Source of the DNA: Octopus vulgaris
Lineage: Eukaryota
Assembly (NCBI GenBank): GCA_951406725.2
Contig: OX597816.1
Location: forward strand, 151,342,001-151,406,000
DNA length: 64,000 nt
Reading direction: 5' to 3'
Position 1 is the first letter of the stretch. Each line of letters starts with the position of its first letter. The notes below the pieces were generated by a model that was given only the letters and a program-made list of their open reading frames with translations, did no database searches and was not told the origin of the DNA. Below, piece after piece: positions 36,501 through 47,240 of this stretch. A program made the position numbers and the translations under genes.

Positions 36501-39500
36501 TGTGGTTCAAATCCAAAGAGTGACCACCAGCAACACCTTGAGTTCCATGCAAACATTTTGGAAGTATACTTTGGCTTGAGGGATGAAGTATTGGTGGAAG
36601 CAATTCAAAGTTAGACCTTTGGTAATCCAGGCCTTGGGGTTGCGCATCCAGTGGACAGGCAGCAGATTTTTATTCTTATTTTTGAAGGCCCTCAGGTTCA
36701 TGGATTTGTAGATAAGTCCTGGTTTCATCATGAAGCCAGCAGCATTGCCACACGTAATTAGCATCACTTTGTCCTTCTGTGCCTTAAATGCTGGGGCTCT
36801 GGCTTCATCCTTCATGATCTATGTTCTGGAAAGCATCTTCTTCCAGAACAAGCCAGTCTTGTCCATACTAAAAACCTGTTCCAGCTTGTATCCCTTGTCC
36901 TCAATAATCTACCTGAAAGTCTCAAGGTACTTCTCGGTGACTTTTTTGTCAGCTGATGCTGTCTCTCCATGCAGAGAAACACACTTTATTTTAAACCATT
37001 TCTGGAAACGGTCAAACCATTCCTTGCTGGTTTGAAAATCTTTGGGCTCCAATGTTGTCAGTGGTCTTGGTTGCGGTTTTTTGGTGCCCTCTGCTCTGTC
37101 TCCTCTGTGGAACTGCTGGTATAATTTCTGCACTTTCTTGTGGGTGATGTTACCACTCAAGGAGATGTTTTTCTTCTTGCAGTCAATGATCCACAATACT
37201 AAGGCAGATTCCTTCCTGACAAAGCGCTTATTTCTCACTATCGTTATCTTTTTGGCACTTTCACTGAAACTTACTGCTATGGTAGTCCTGATCACCACCT
37301 TGTTCTTCTTTATTTAGCGTATGATGCTTTCATTGACAGCATAATAGCGACCTACTGCAGCATAACTTTTACCTTCCTGGAACATGTCCAGCAGTTGTAC
37401 CTTCTCATGGAGCATCATAACAGCTTTCTGGTGCTTAGATTCACTGCCATAAGTCTTAGAAGGTGTAGGGCATTTTGGGCAGCATCTTAGGGCTTTAATA
37501 ACATGCTGCAAAAAATGCAGCACTCAGCAAAATACTGGAGATAACTTGATGCAGTTTTTCCAAAAAAAGAAACCTACAGAAAAATCTTCTTTGCATCTAA
37601 TATGCACAAACCACAAATGGGAGATTGAGCAGAGATTAAAAATAATCATGGTTTTGAAAAATTTAGTTTGTATTACCACTAGATACAGTAATCTATAATA
37701 TAATAATAAGAGAGAGTGAGTGAGTGAGAGAGGGGGGAGGGAGGGAGGGACCAGTAAGTGACCTAATTTCAATGATGCTATATTGGCTCATGACCTTAAA
37801 AATTATTCTGTTGAAATAAATATTGTGTATGATCAAATGTAGTAATGATTTTAAAAAATACACTGATAGTTGCTATACTAATTAGCAAGCTTTGAAGGAA
37901 AGCAGGAATAAGAGATACAAGATACAGTGTACTCGTATCTAAAAAAAAATCAAGCGACATAATGCATGGCTATTCTAATCAGAGGTATCTTCAGCTGTGA
38001 AGGGGCATCCAATAAACTGACAAATATGGTATCTTATTATTAATAGTTTAGCCTTAAAAAGTGTGGAAAAGTATATATTGGCACAAAAAATGCCATAAAA
38101 AATCACGGATGATATTTATGATTCCGCAAATAACCGGGCCCACAAATGCCGAACCGTGAATAAGTGGAGGTACACTACACCATCTTGTAGAGCAAAAAAT
38201 TGTCTTTTAAATAACTTAAAACATTTTGCCACTGCATTTTATTTCTGTGTGCATTTTTAAATTTGAGAAAAATGCTCATGAATTTATTCCTCAACCAACT
38301 ATTTGGTTGGAACAAATGTTCTTAGAGTTGAATGCCCTTATAGTTAAACACCCATACAAGAAGTAAGAATGGAACCCTTTTGTCAGTCAAGCAAACAGAA
38401 GCAAATGGTGATGTGTGCATTGTCCAGAGATCTTTAACAAACGCTTTGTATTGTTTGAATTTATTAATGGGTATACTTAATGTTACTGTTGACTGTTATC
38501 TAACTAGTTATGTGTTTTATGTTTTTGTATTTGAAGCCATTCTGTCTCCAGTGAAATCTTACTTCATCCACAATCAGATATACCTCCTGTTCAGGAGAAA
38601 CGCATTTTAGTGGTTCCAAATCATCAAACAGCAGTGATGTCCAATCTATTTTCCATGTGGAAAGCAGGGCGTTTGTGTGACTCGTACATCAGTAATGGTA
38701 CTACAAATATATTGGTATGTCATAAATTCAATTTTAACGCAACTATAATTATAGTTGTAATATAATAATTATAATAATTTCAGACATATGCACAAGGCTA
38801 AAATTTTGTGGAATGAATATAATTAAATCAGCTTCAGTTCTGCACAGCAACTTCATTTTATCAATTTTGGAAAGGTGAAATGCAAAAATGACTTTAGCAG
38901 GATTTAAACTCAGAACATAAAATATTACAACTAAAAGCTGCAAAAAAACTTTATCTGACACTAATGATTCTACCAATCTTTAAAATATTTAATATAGTTC
39001 ATAATTCACCCATATGATTTTATTCATACAGCCTTCTCCTTTTGTCTTGAATCTGTGTAATTTCTTCCACGAGGCTGTCTGTTTAAAATGACATCCTAAT
39101 TTCTTCTACCTAATATTATCTCATATGTACCTTCTACCAGTAACTTACTACACATTTTTACTCAATAAGCAACAGTTATTGCCATTATATATGTAAATCT
39201 GTATAGTTATCTTTCTTGTCATATATCAATCAATAATTAAGATGCTCTGTAACTGTCTCAACTCATGTATTTAGCATTTTTTACAAATTAGCAATATATA
39301 TCAATCAGCTTGTTCTTAACTTGTTACTTGTCAGTTACAATAGATCTTCTACATTCATTGTCAGTATATTATTGCCTTACAGCATAACTTTTACACGTGC
39401 TTTATTTGAACTGATCTTTACACAGGGACAGAAATTCATTCTAATACTTCAGTACTACTCTGAATTTTTCTTCAGTGAGAATTTAGTCAATATTGATACT

Positions 39501-40731
39501 GTGAAATGTATTAGGATAACTTTGTCAGTAAAACTTTGTGATTATCCTAAATTCAATATCAGGCTCCAGTTGAATGATCTTTGCAAATATTAAATGGGTG
39601 AAAGGATATTTAATGTGTATAAATTACAAATTTATTTTACTGTGAGGTAAAATAGGATCATTTTAATTTTTGCTAGATTTGTTCCAGATGTATTTTATAT
39701 GTTTTCAGGTCCATAAAATGGTTTTAGGAGCTGTGTGTCCAAAACTGCTGCCAGCTCTCCATCATTCATTAAGAGGTTCATTTCCCAAAGTGGTCTTTCC
39801 AAGTTCAGTCAGTAAAGAAGGACTTTTAGCATTTGCAGAATACATGTACAGTGGCATTTTAGATCTGAATGAAGAAATTCTAGTCCAACTGAAGACTATT
39901 GCTGAAAAATTAGAAATGAAAGATTTTGAAGATCTTTGTTGTAAGGAATTGAACAAAGCTAAGACAAAAGATATTTTATCTGGTGTAGTGGAACCTTTGT
40001 TGGCAGAACCTTGTTCTTTGTCAGGATTATTTCCTTCCAAAGCACAAGGAGACACTAACAAGAATTCTATGCTAATGAAGTTATTTAGAAATAATTACAG
40101 CAATATTAACATTCAAGCTGATGTTGCCGTTACCATTGCATCAACATCTACATCCAATACAACTTCTGTTTCTGATGTAAGATCTGCAGAAAATATGGTT
40201 ACTGACCAGATTGTCGATATCAAGACTGAAGTGGAACCAGAGATAGAGTCTGCCATCAACCCAAAGACCCTGCAGTTAAAAATGGAACCCTGCAGTCCTG
40301 AAGACAATCAAAGCAGTATTGAAGAAGAATTTTCTGTGGATATTCATACGTCCAGTTATAAAAATAATGTTCAGTTAAAACCTGCTGCCAGTACCACTCA
40401 TGAAAATATCAATAAAGACAATGTTGTTAATATTGATTCCAGTGATAGCATCAATATATCTGATACCTGTAGATCTGAAGAGACTTGTACACAGCATTCA
40501 GAAGACTGTGATAAAGATTCTGATAATCAAAAAGAACTGCAATTAATTTCAGTTACATCTGCTACAGAAAATATAAATGAAGACAGTCTCAGTGATAATT
40601 CTGATGTGATAAAGATCTCCAGTATGATATCTTCAAATACAAAGTTACCTCAGCCATCAAATTCAGGACCATATCCCATTAGTTTTATTTCTGCACATGA
40701 CAGTAAAAATATAAATCTTCGAAAAGTATGA
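30093..40731 (+). CDS. STPR-repeat/BTB-domain protein, paralogue 3 (spliced; exons 30093-30588, 33253-33478, 38537-38714, 39709-40731; 640 aa)
   Basis: 496+226+178+1023=1923 nt in frame, GT-AG introns, phases 1,2,0. Four complete 23-aa repeats. BTB motif as in the paralogues. Confidence 0.85.
33253..33478 (+). CDS. Paralogue 3 coding exon 2: linker
   Basis: tttttacag| acceptor and TT|gtgagt donor. Homologous to 19289-19499. Confidence 0.82.
34772..35158 (+). mobile_element. Near full-length tRNA-derived SINE (octopus-type)
   Basis: A-box-like TGGCTGTGTGG and B-box-like GGTTCA head, then cttgggcaagtgtcttc body, internal (TA)n, and 3' end gcatggccgcagtcaaatgactgaaacaagtaaaagag. Partial copies at 6640, 11420, 42060 and 45170. 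Confidence 0.8.
35241..35617. repeat. ~140-bp-arm inverted repeat, probably a Penelope-like terminal relic
   Basis: 35241-35383 is the reverse complement of 35475-35617 with scattered mismatches. Contains a hammerhead-like motif. Confidence 0.8.
35350..35394 (-). ncRNA. Degenerate minimal type I hammerhead ribozyme motif
   Basis: Minus strand reads GGACCA CUGAUGA G GUCAC-AGAAGU-GUGAC GAAA GAAC UC UGGCC: core boxes, 5-bp stem II, imperfect stem I, vestigial stem III. Confidence 0.5.
38537..38714 (+). CDS. Paralogue 3 coding exon 3: N-terminal half of BTB
   Basis: tttgaag| acceptor (a second in-frame ccag| lies 15 nt downstream) and TTG|gtatgt donor. Near-identical to 21883-22045. Confidence 0.86.
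39709..40731 (+). CDS. Paralogue 3 coding exon 4: BTB core plus acidic tail
   Basis: ttttcag| acceptor. Starts VHKMVLGAVCPKL and ends at TGA. ORF track 39670..40731. Confidence 0.9.
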   Translation, partial: VHKMVLGAVCPKLLPALHHSLRGSFPKVVFPSSVSKEGLLAFAEYMYSGILDLNEEILVQLKTIAEKLEMKDFEDLCCKELNKAKTKDILSGVVEPLLAEPCSLSGLFPSKAQGDTNKNSMLMKLFRNNYSNINIQADVAVTIASTSTSNTTSVSDVRSAENMVTDQIVDIKTEVEPEIESAINPKTLQLKMEPCSPEDNQSSIEEEFSVDIHTSSYKNNVQLKPAASTTHENINKDNVVNIDSSDSINISDTCRSEETCTQHSEDCDKDSDNQKELQLISVTSATENINEDSLSDNSDVIKISSMISSNTKLPQPSNSGPYPISFISAHDSKNINLRKV

Positions 40732-41298
40732 AAAATATTTATTTACCTTTTCCTAATATCAGGTTTGTATAAAGGACTTATAAGTATTTTTAACTGCAAA
40801 TTACAAGTTTCCTTTTGTTATTCAAATCAAATTTATTAAAATGAATTGTTGACATATTTATTTTATATGTTGTATAATGTTATTTTTGAAATTACACTTT
40901 ATGCACTGTTACATCTGTTTCTCAGTAATAGCATGATTTGAGTAGATTTTTTAAAATTTTGTCATCTCTGTGTGGTTGTTTTACATTTGAAGGTCAGATT
41001 TCCTACCATTCATCATTCAACCATAAAATGGAGACATTCAAGTAATAAACTTTTAAAGGATGCTTCAGATGAAATATAATGTCAGCGAAATATCCCATTA
41101 CTTGAAATAAATTTTTTTTGGGCTATTTAAGTCACTGAACTCTCGTTCATGCTAAGCATATCTTTCAAGGTTTATAATAATTTATATTGAGTCGAGTACT
41201 TCAGTCTGATAAATTATTTTATTGATCAGCTAAGTTAGCTTTTGATGTAAAGGGATGCAACTTGATGCAGTATTTTACAGACAAACACGAGTGTATGC

Positions 41299-41338
<40 letters not shown>

Positions 41339-42539
41339 ATCTGTGTGTGTGTTGTCTTTAGCTCACTGACTCACTCCTGTTTCTTTCTCCCTCCAACTGA
41401 TGGTCACATTCGACCATACTTCCACGTGTTCACCATTCACCTCTATCACTATCTTTATCCATTTGTCACTCCCCTTTTGCACTCATGTGAATTTACTTGT
41501 CTACCTACTACTCACTCTGTTCAATCCTTTGTACCAATTCTCTTATTCACCTTCCTGTCATCTAAAGCTTACCTTGTTTCTCAGATGTTTAACTCTATAT
41601 CAAGTTCCAAACCATCTTTCTTAATTTACATGGCAACAAATGATATAATAGCAAAACAGTTTCTTGAGTTCAAATAAAATTAAATGAATTTTTAGAAACA
41701 ACTACTGATTGTAGACTTGCAGTTATAGTATTATTATCATTGTTGTTGTTATTTAGTATCTATATCAAATATTTAAATTATTTCTTAAATTGCCCAGGCA
41801 AAAATTTTCTTTGAATCTTGAATTATTGTTTGAAAGGCTAGAGAACAATTTGAAAGATTGAAAATAGTGTTAGCACTATTCTCAGGATATATTTAAAAGA
41901 GATGACTCTTCTAAAACATACCACAATAAGCACTTTTTATGATAGTTAATAGTTTTAAAACCATCTCTATTTAACGACTGCATCATTTATTGAATTAGAA
42001 TTATAAAAAAAGCATCTCTTTCTGAAACATACTTCGTGTTCTTTTGGGTCAGAAATTAAGTATTAGTTGTGGATGTTATTTCTGTGAACTTTGTGTTAAA
42101 TTTGGTTGATGGAAATTGTTTGAAAGTTTGATGTATGTATGTTTGTATGTGTGAGGTTGTGTGTGTGTGTGTAAATGTTGACGTTCTTTGGCTTAACCTA
42201 TTGCCATCTGAGTGAAATGGTGATATGATTTTTACATTCCTCGTTGAGTATACAATTGGTCACCATGTTGTTTCAAAGACCAGTGAAATAAAAGATTCCT
42301 TAATTGAAAATCAAGTATGAGTTGGTAACAAGAAGAGCATCTGGCTGTAAAATCTTTTCTTAAATCACCGTCCAATTCATGTGAGTGTGGAAAGAGGGAC
42401 ATTAAACAAACAAGCAAATATGTGTGTGTTTGTCTCTGTATGTCTTTGCATTGATACTGCTTGGGCTGTAGTGACATTGTGTCCTGCATAAATATGTCCA
42501 GCATTCTCAGTGACAACTTGTATAAAATACCTTACTTAA

Positions 42540-43072
42540 GAGCAAGTAAAGTCGAGGGAACATCAAAGCCAGTTGACATTACCGTAGCAGGAGATCATTC
42601 TCTCTCCAAAGCACTGCTGTAGCAACTGCATTGTTTCTCTTGCGGTATGAGCAGTTGCCCCGTCTTGCTGGAACCATGTATGAGGTCTAGTTTGAATGGC
42701 TTTCACATTCTTGACTAGCCTGGATTTTTTCTTGTGGGGATACCTGAAAGAGAGTGTTTATGTCAAGAAACCGGAGACCTTGGTGCAACTGAAGGAGAAC
42801 ATCAATAGAGAAATCAGAGAAGTGGGGTCTGAAACCACTGAGGGTGTCATGGTACAAGTTTTGTTAAGAGCACAGGCATGCAAAACCAAAAATGGCTGCC
42901 ATTTAAGCGATGTCAGTTTTCATATGTGATGTAGTGGTGTTGCAAAATTTGACTTGTGCATATTAATTTCCATTATATCCTTTATATTGTATCAAAATTT
43001 CATGCATTTATTTGTAAAGTTAAGGAAGTTATTAAAAAGTGAAACATATCAGTGACTTTTGGTACACCTTGT
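42540..43072. mobile_element. Tc1/mariner-superfamily (Tc3/maT-like) transposase fragment with internal inversion and right TIR
   Basis: The plus strand 42712-42929 encodes LTSLDFFLWGYLKESVY...LKENI...NGCHL. The minus strand around 42600-42680 encodes WFQQDGATAHTAR. Ends ttttggtacaccttg|TA. Confidence 0.75.
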
Positions 43073-43075
43073 ATG

Positions 43076-43134
<59 letters not shown>

Positions 43135-43478
43135 TCAAAGCCAATGTTTCATTTCATTATTACTCTTTATGTTTCCTCAACAATTCTTTACAGAAATGTA
43201 TCAAAACCTGCTTTTGTGATGGGTATAGGTTTGTATCCATAAATATGAATACTTTAAGAGCTAAAAAATCTTGTAGTAGTTGGTATCAGAACAGCATTTC
43301 CTAATTCTTTATTATTGCAAAGTTTATTTCTTCTTTTCCTTCTGTCTTCCATAAAACCTTACTGAAAACATCCATACAAGATATAGGAACCTAATTTGTC
43401 ACCTAAAATAGATAACAGAAATGTGAAACTCAACACAGCAAGACAGATTTTTAAACTGATACTTTTGATGAGAAGGTA

Positions 43479-43491
43479 TAATAATAATAAC

Positions 43492-43547
<56 letters not shown>

Positions 43548-43578
43548 CAACAACAATAATGATGATGATGAGGATGAT
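43479..43578. repeat. (AAT)n/(AAC)n/(GAT)n compound microsatellite
   Basis: Directly visible; it is the source of the poly-N and poly-L ORFs. Confidence 0.95.
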
Positions 43579-45332
43579 GAAAATAGTGTGTATAGTACTC
43601 GGGTGTACTAGAACTCATGGTTTAGTAATCTCAAATATGGTCAAATAAACCAGTCTAATTCTGGTAAAAATGGAAATAGGTGTTTAAACATTGATAAAAG
43701 TTACACCAAAAGCAATGAAACATCAAACATTACTAACATGTGAATGCTTTCAAGAAATGTAACATAGCCACCACCAGTCATTATTTTAAAAAATGGAGAT
43801 CAAAATCCATTCCTGTCTTTGGGATATTTTAACATGTTTTTGATGGATATTCATTTTGATCTACTATGTCTTTTCATTTTCAAAGATTAAATATAATAAG
43901 TAGATGCTGCTTCATGAAACTTAGATTAGTGATAATGAGTTTACTAATTTTAATTCATTTGTGGATTAGTTTCTGTTTTTCTTTTTTTTAATCTTAATTA
44001 AATCTTTTTGTTTAGCCTTATTGAACTTACTTCACCAATGATTCTAGAATGACATTTTTTCTCTTTTTACTGGAAACCACACTCCTCAGTTCCAATAGGT
44101 CGGAAGTGGTTATGTTGGGAATGATTAGTGTTGATTTGTAGAAATGAAGTTTTGACTGCTTTAGATTTCATTTTATAAGTTAATCAGGAGGGGAAGAATT
44201 ATGCTCATGAATAACCATTACAGACCTTTGCAGACTAGTGAAGTTAATGTGATTGATGCCTGATTGTCTGCACAAAAAAAAATGTGAGCTGGGAGGAAAC
44301 TGGAATGATGTGAGAAAGGATGAGAAAAACTTTACAATTAAACCAAAAGGAATATTCTAGAAATATTTTTGTTTCGTGACACATAAACTAGTTTAACTTA
44401 TTTCAGGAATGTCTTTGTTCATTTGGATGGTATTGAATATAAGTCCAAAGTATTTTAAATTACCTGAATTTGTATTCCACAGAAATGTTCAATTCATTTT
44501 TATTTATTAAATATTTGTCCTATTTATTTACTTTTATTTAACATCAGTTTATATATATGCACAGTGTGTGTGTGTGTGTTATATAATATAATATATATAT
44601 ATATATTCATAATTTTTTTCATTTAATTTGTTAATGTTTCCCCCTACAGAAAATAAATTATTTTAATATTTTTGTATTTTGTTGTTTATTTACTAAAACT
44701 GAAAGGTATATTTGGATTGCTTATCAGAAAACTCTGGTAAAATGTATTTTCCAAGAGAAAAAATTATTGAACTACTGAAATACTTAATGATCAGATGACA
44801 TCAAAGTTTCTGAAACTTCTTTATTCAAAATGTTAGACAAGAAGGGACTGGAGAAATAATCATAAAGCAACACATGATTTCTTATATAACTTCAGTGTGT
44901 GTTGTGTGTACTGTACCTTCATTAGCAAAGTAAGGAAATCATATTTAATGAATTTATTATAAGAAGTTAAGACACATATCCAAGATGTGTATAAAATCCC
45001 ATGTTGAGCAGAAAGATTTTCAGTTAGTAAGGTGTGCCTCACCTGCTAAGGAGATGGAGAATGTGATTGATTGATGGTGTAAAGAAGGAATGGAATCAAA
45101 GTTGATGTGTGAAAAATGTGGCTTCATGAACAACAGAGAAGCATAAAATAAATTTCAAACAAGGTAGAAATAACCACATGGTCCCAAGTTCAGTGCCACT
45201 TAGGCAAGAGTCTTCTACTGTAACCTCGAACTGACCAAAGCCTTGTAAGTGGATTTGGTAGATGGAATCTTAAAGAAACTCATTGTGTGTATACACACAC
45301 ACACACACACATGTATATGTATATACATATAC

Positions 45333-45712
45333 ATATAAGGAAGATGGAGAGTTTGAACACAGAAAAAATCTATTTATTTAATAGTCAATTTCATATTGCC
45401 TACATATGTTTCAATGTCTTACCTTCATTCATATTTTGCAATGAAGATTGCATTATGCATTGAAAAGGTAAAAATATCTTCAGGGCAAAAATTGACAAAA
45501 AATTAACTCCCATGCTATTGGCTGTAGAGTTGCTTAACAATTTTTGTCAATTCTTGTCCTGAAGAGATTTTTACCTTTTAAATGCACGATGCATCTTAAT
45601 TGCAAAATATGGATGAAGGTAAGAAATTGAAACATACACAGGCAATATGTAATTGATTATTATGTAAATAAATTGTTTTCTTCTATATTCAAACTCTCCA
45701 TTTTCCTTATAT
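45333..45712. repeat. ~175-bp-arm inverted repeat within microsatellite, Penelope-like terminal relic
   Basis: atataaggaagatggagagtttgaa...attgacaaaaaattaa vs ttaacaatttttgtcaat...ttcaaactctccattttccttatat. Each arm holds a hammerhead core. Confidence 0.85.
45396..45488 (-). ncRNA. Type I hammerhead ribozyme with palindromic stem III
   Basis: Minus strand reads UUGCC CUGAAGA [long stem II, uuuuuaccuuuu...gaagguaaga] GAA ACAUAUGU A GGCAA: perfect 5-bp stem I, intact core, self-complementary ACAUAUGU, GUA cleavage triplet. A decayed mirror copy lies on + at 45554-45645. Confidence 0.72.
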
Positions 45713-47189
45713 TATTAAAATTCTGTTCTCCTATATCGAATGGATGAAAACATCTATAACGACAACTGGAACTTCATAACACTAATACTAACATAAATTA
45801 ATGAAATCCAAAGTATATTAATCGATACTGAGCTAAACTGGTGCCGCTTGTATAAAATACATCCCTGTGAAAGAGTAACCACTTTCCATTCAAAACTTCA
45901 TAAACACTTGTTATATATATACATATATACACACACATGCATACATTGAAACCTCCAGCTTTTGTATCCAGATTATAAATTCACATTATACCAATAATTG
46001 GTGCACTTAGGTTTGTAAGTAAATGCGTAAGTGACAATTTGGATAAGCTAGAGTTTTCAGAGAAATAAATCAACCAGCTAATTCACACATTACAAATATA
46101 ATTTATAAGTGGAACAGTAAAAATATGCAAGACTTTTCATAAGTTTAAAATGTTAATTTGTTTTTGTTATTTATATTCCAATGACAGAACTTTGTATGTT
46201 CATCAGAAACCAGCTCCTTCTTCAGAGGAAGATTTCAAATAATTAAAAACACAAGAGAACATACATACACACATTATAAGATTGGTAAATAGATAGCCAA
46301 AAAAAGGAAAATATTTTAGCAAAATCTATCTTAAAATATTCCTTATGATTAATTCCTTCATTTGGTGAAAATAAACGACTGCCAAATTATTTCCTTCTAT
46401 ATTGTGCCCTTCCCTTGTTATGTGTGTACGTGTAAAGAAACGTATTATATGCAATTATCATCATTTTCACAGAAGAACATGAAATTAAATAAAGGTAAGC
46501 TCATGCTTTCTAGAGTTACCAGAATACCATGGGAATGTAAGAAGTTGCTTGGATATAGCCCTTTCCTTCCATTAACCATTCTAAAAGAACTTTCAGTAGA
46601 AAGAGAACTTTGCTTTGGATAGAGCACCGATTACCTTGTAAATGAAAATATGACACTACGTTGCCCAAACTCTTTTTTGAAGAGGTCTTTTTCATTTTTG
46701 TTTTTCATTTTCTATTTCATTAGAGAAGTGGATAAGTCTTGAATGTCTCCTTTATTGTTTTGACTTCATTAAGAACACTTATGACCAAAGACGTGTTAAT
46801 CCCGTCTTTTTTATATCTAGAACTGGGAACTTGATTGCTATTATTAGTAGGCTCACGCGTTGGCTCAGTATTCTGTTTGGTGTCATTGAACCTTAGGTCA
46901 GCCCTGATCAAGCAGATCTATGATCAAAGCATTCCAACTGTCGCCATCTCGTCTTTTGTTAGGAGTGTATCTAAAATTACCTGTGTTCCCTTCTTATTTA
47001 AGGATGTTATTTGAAGAATATTTGGTTTCTACTTTTAGCTAGTCGAACGACCACGTAGAGGCTTGCAAAATAGGAAAACGTAACAAGAACGTTTAAGAAC
47101 CACCGGTTTTGATTACCGTAGTTTCTTGTTCATGCTGACCACTAATCTCTTGGAGACTTATTATAATGGAACAATTTTCAGAAGCCACT

Positions 47190-47240
47190 ACATTCGTTTT
47201 GCACCGCGTTTATAGCAGTCCACTTCCGCGAGATGGCTGT
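47190..47240 (+). promoter_or_regulatory. Probable promoter/5' end of the 173-aa gene
   Basis: Local CpG enrichment in otherwise CpG-poor DNA. ETS-like CACTTCCG at 47221 directly before GAGATGGC, a YY1-like motif overlapping the ATG at 47233. Confidence 0.4.

Larger units (their letters stand above)
34686..38175 (-). mobile_element. Tigger/pogo element nested in the mariner 5' region; frameshifted transposase ~37485 to ~35800
   Basis: Starts TA|CAGTAGTCCCCC, with a degenerate reciprocal end at 38155-38177. ORF pieces 37314..37523, 36909..37298, 36507..36815 and 35914..36603 give HTH (EKVQLLDM...VGRYYAVNESIIR), FQTSKEWFDRFQK, CGNAAG, NPKAWIT and PANTTSFIQPTDQG. Confidence 0.88.
33568..38299 (-). 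mobile_element. Full-length mariner element (decayed transposase ~34633 to ~33630) carrying nested insertions, in intron 2 of paralogue 3
   Basis: TIRs TA|ttgggttgaggaataattcatgagcgttttt and aaaaatgctcatgaatttattcctcaaccaac|TA. Motifs MECQVDKHKHFRHHLLFAFNQG...EICAVYGE, IITGN.KWCLY and PHPPYSPDLVPSD. Flanks match the empty site in paralogue 2 (19517-19570). Confidence 0.9.

Noticed and set aside
9510-40307. Antisense ORFs repeated over the BTB and STPR exons (9510..9704, 23937..24230, 30194..30535, 39762..40061, 40113..40307)
   Set aside because: Shadows of the conserved sense exons, with no independent coding signal.
41055-44820. Additional hammerhead-like strings (cagatga...gaaa at about 41065 and 44790)
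   Set aside because: The core reads CAGAUGA and the stems do not pair convincingly.
40732-47000. Searched for a fourth STPR-BTB unit or downstream zinc-finger/Kelch exons
   Set aside because: None found. All three exon 4 frames end in stops followed by AT-rich UTR-like sequence.
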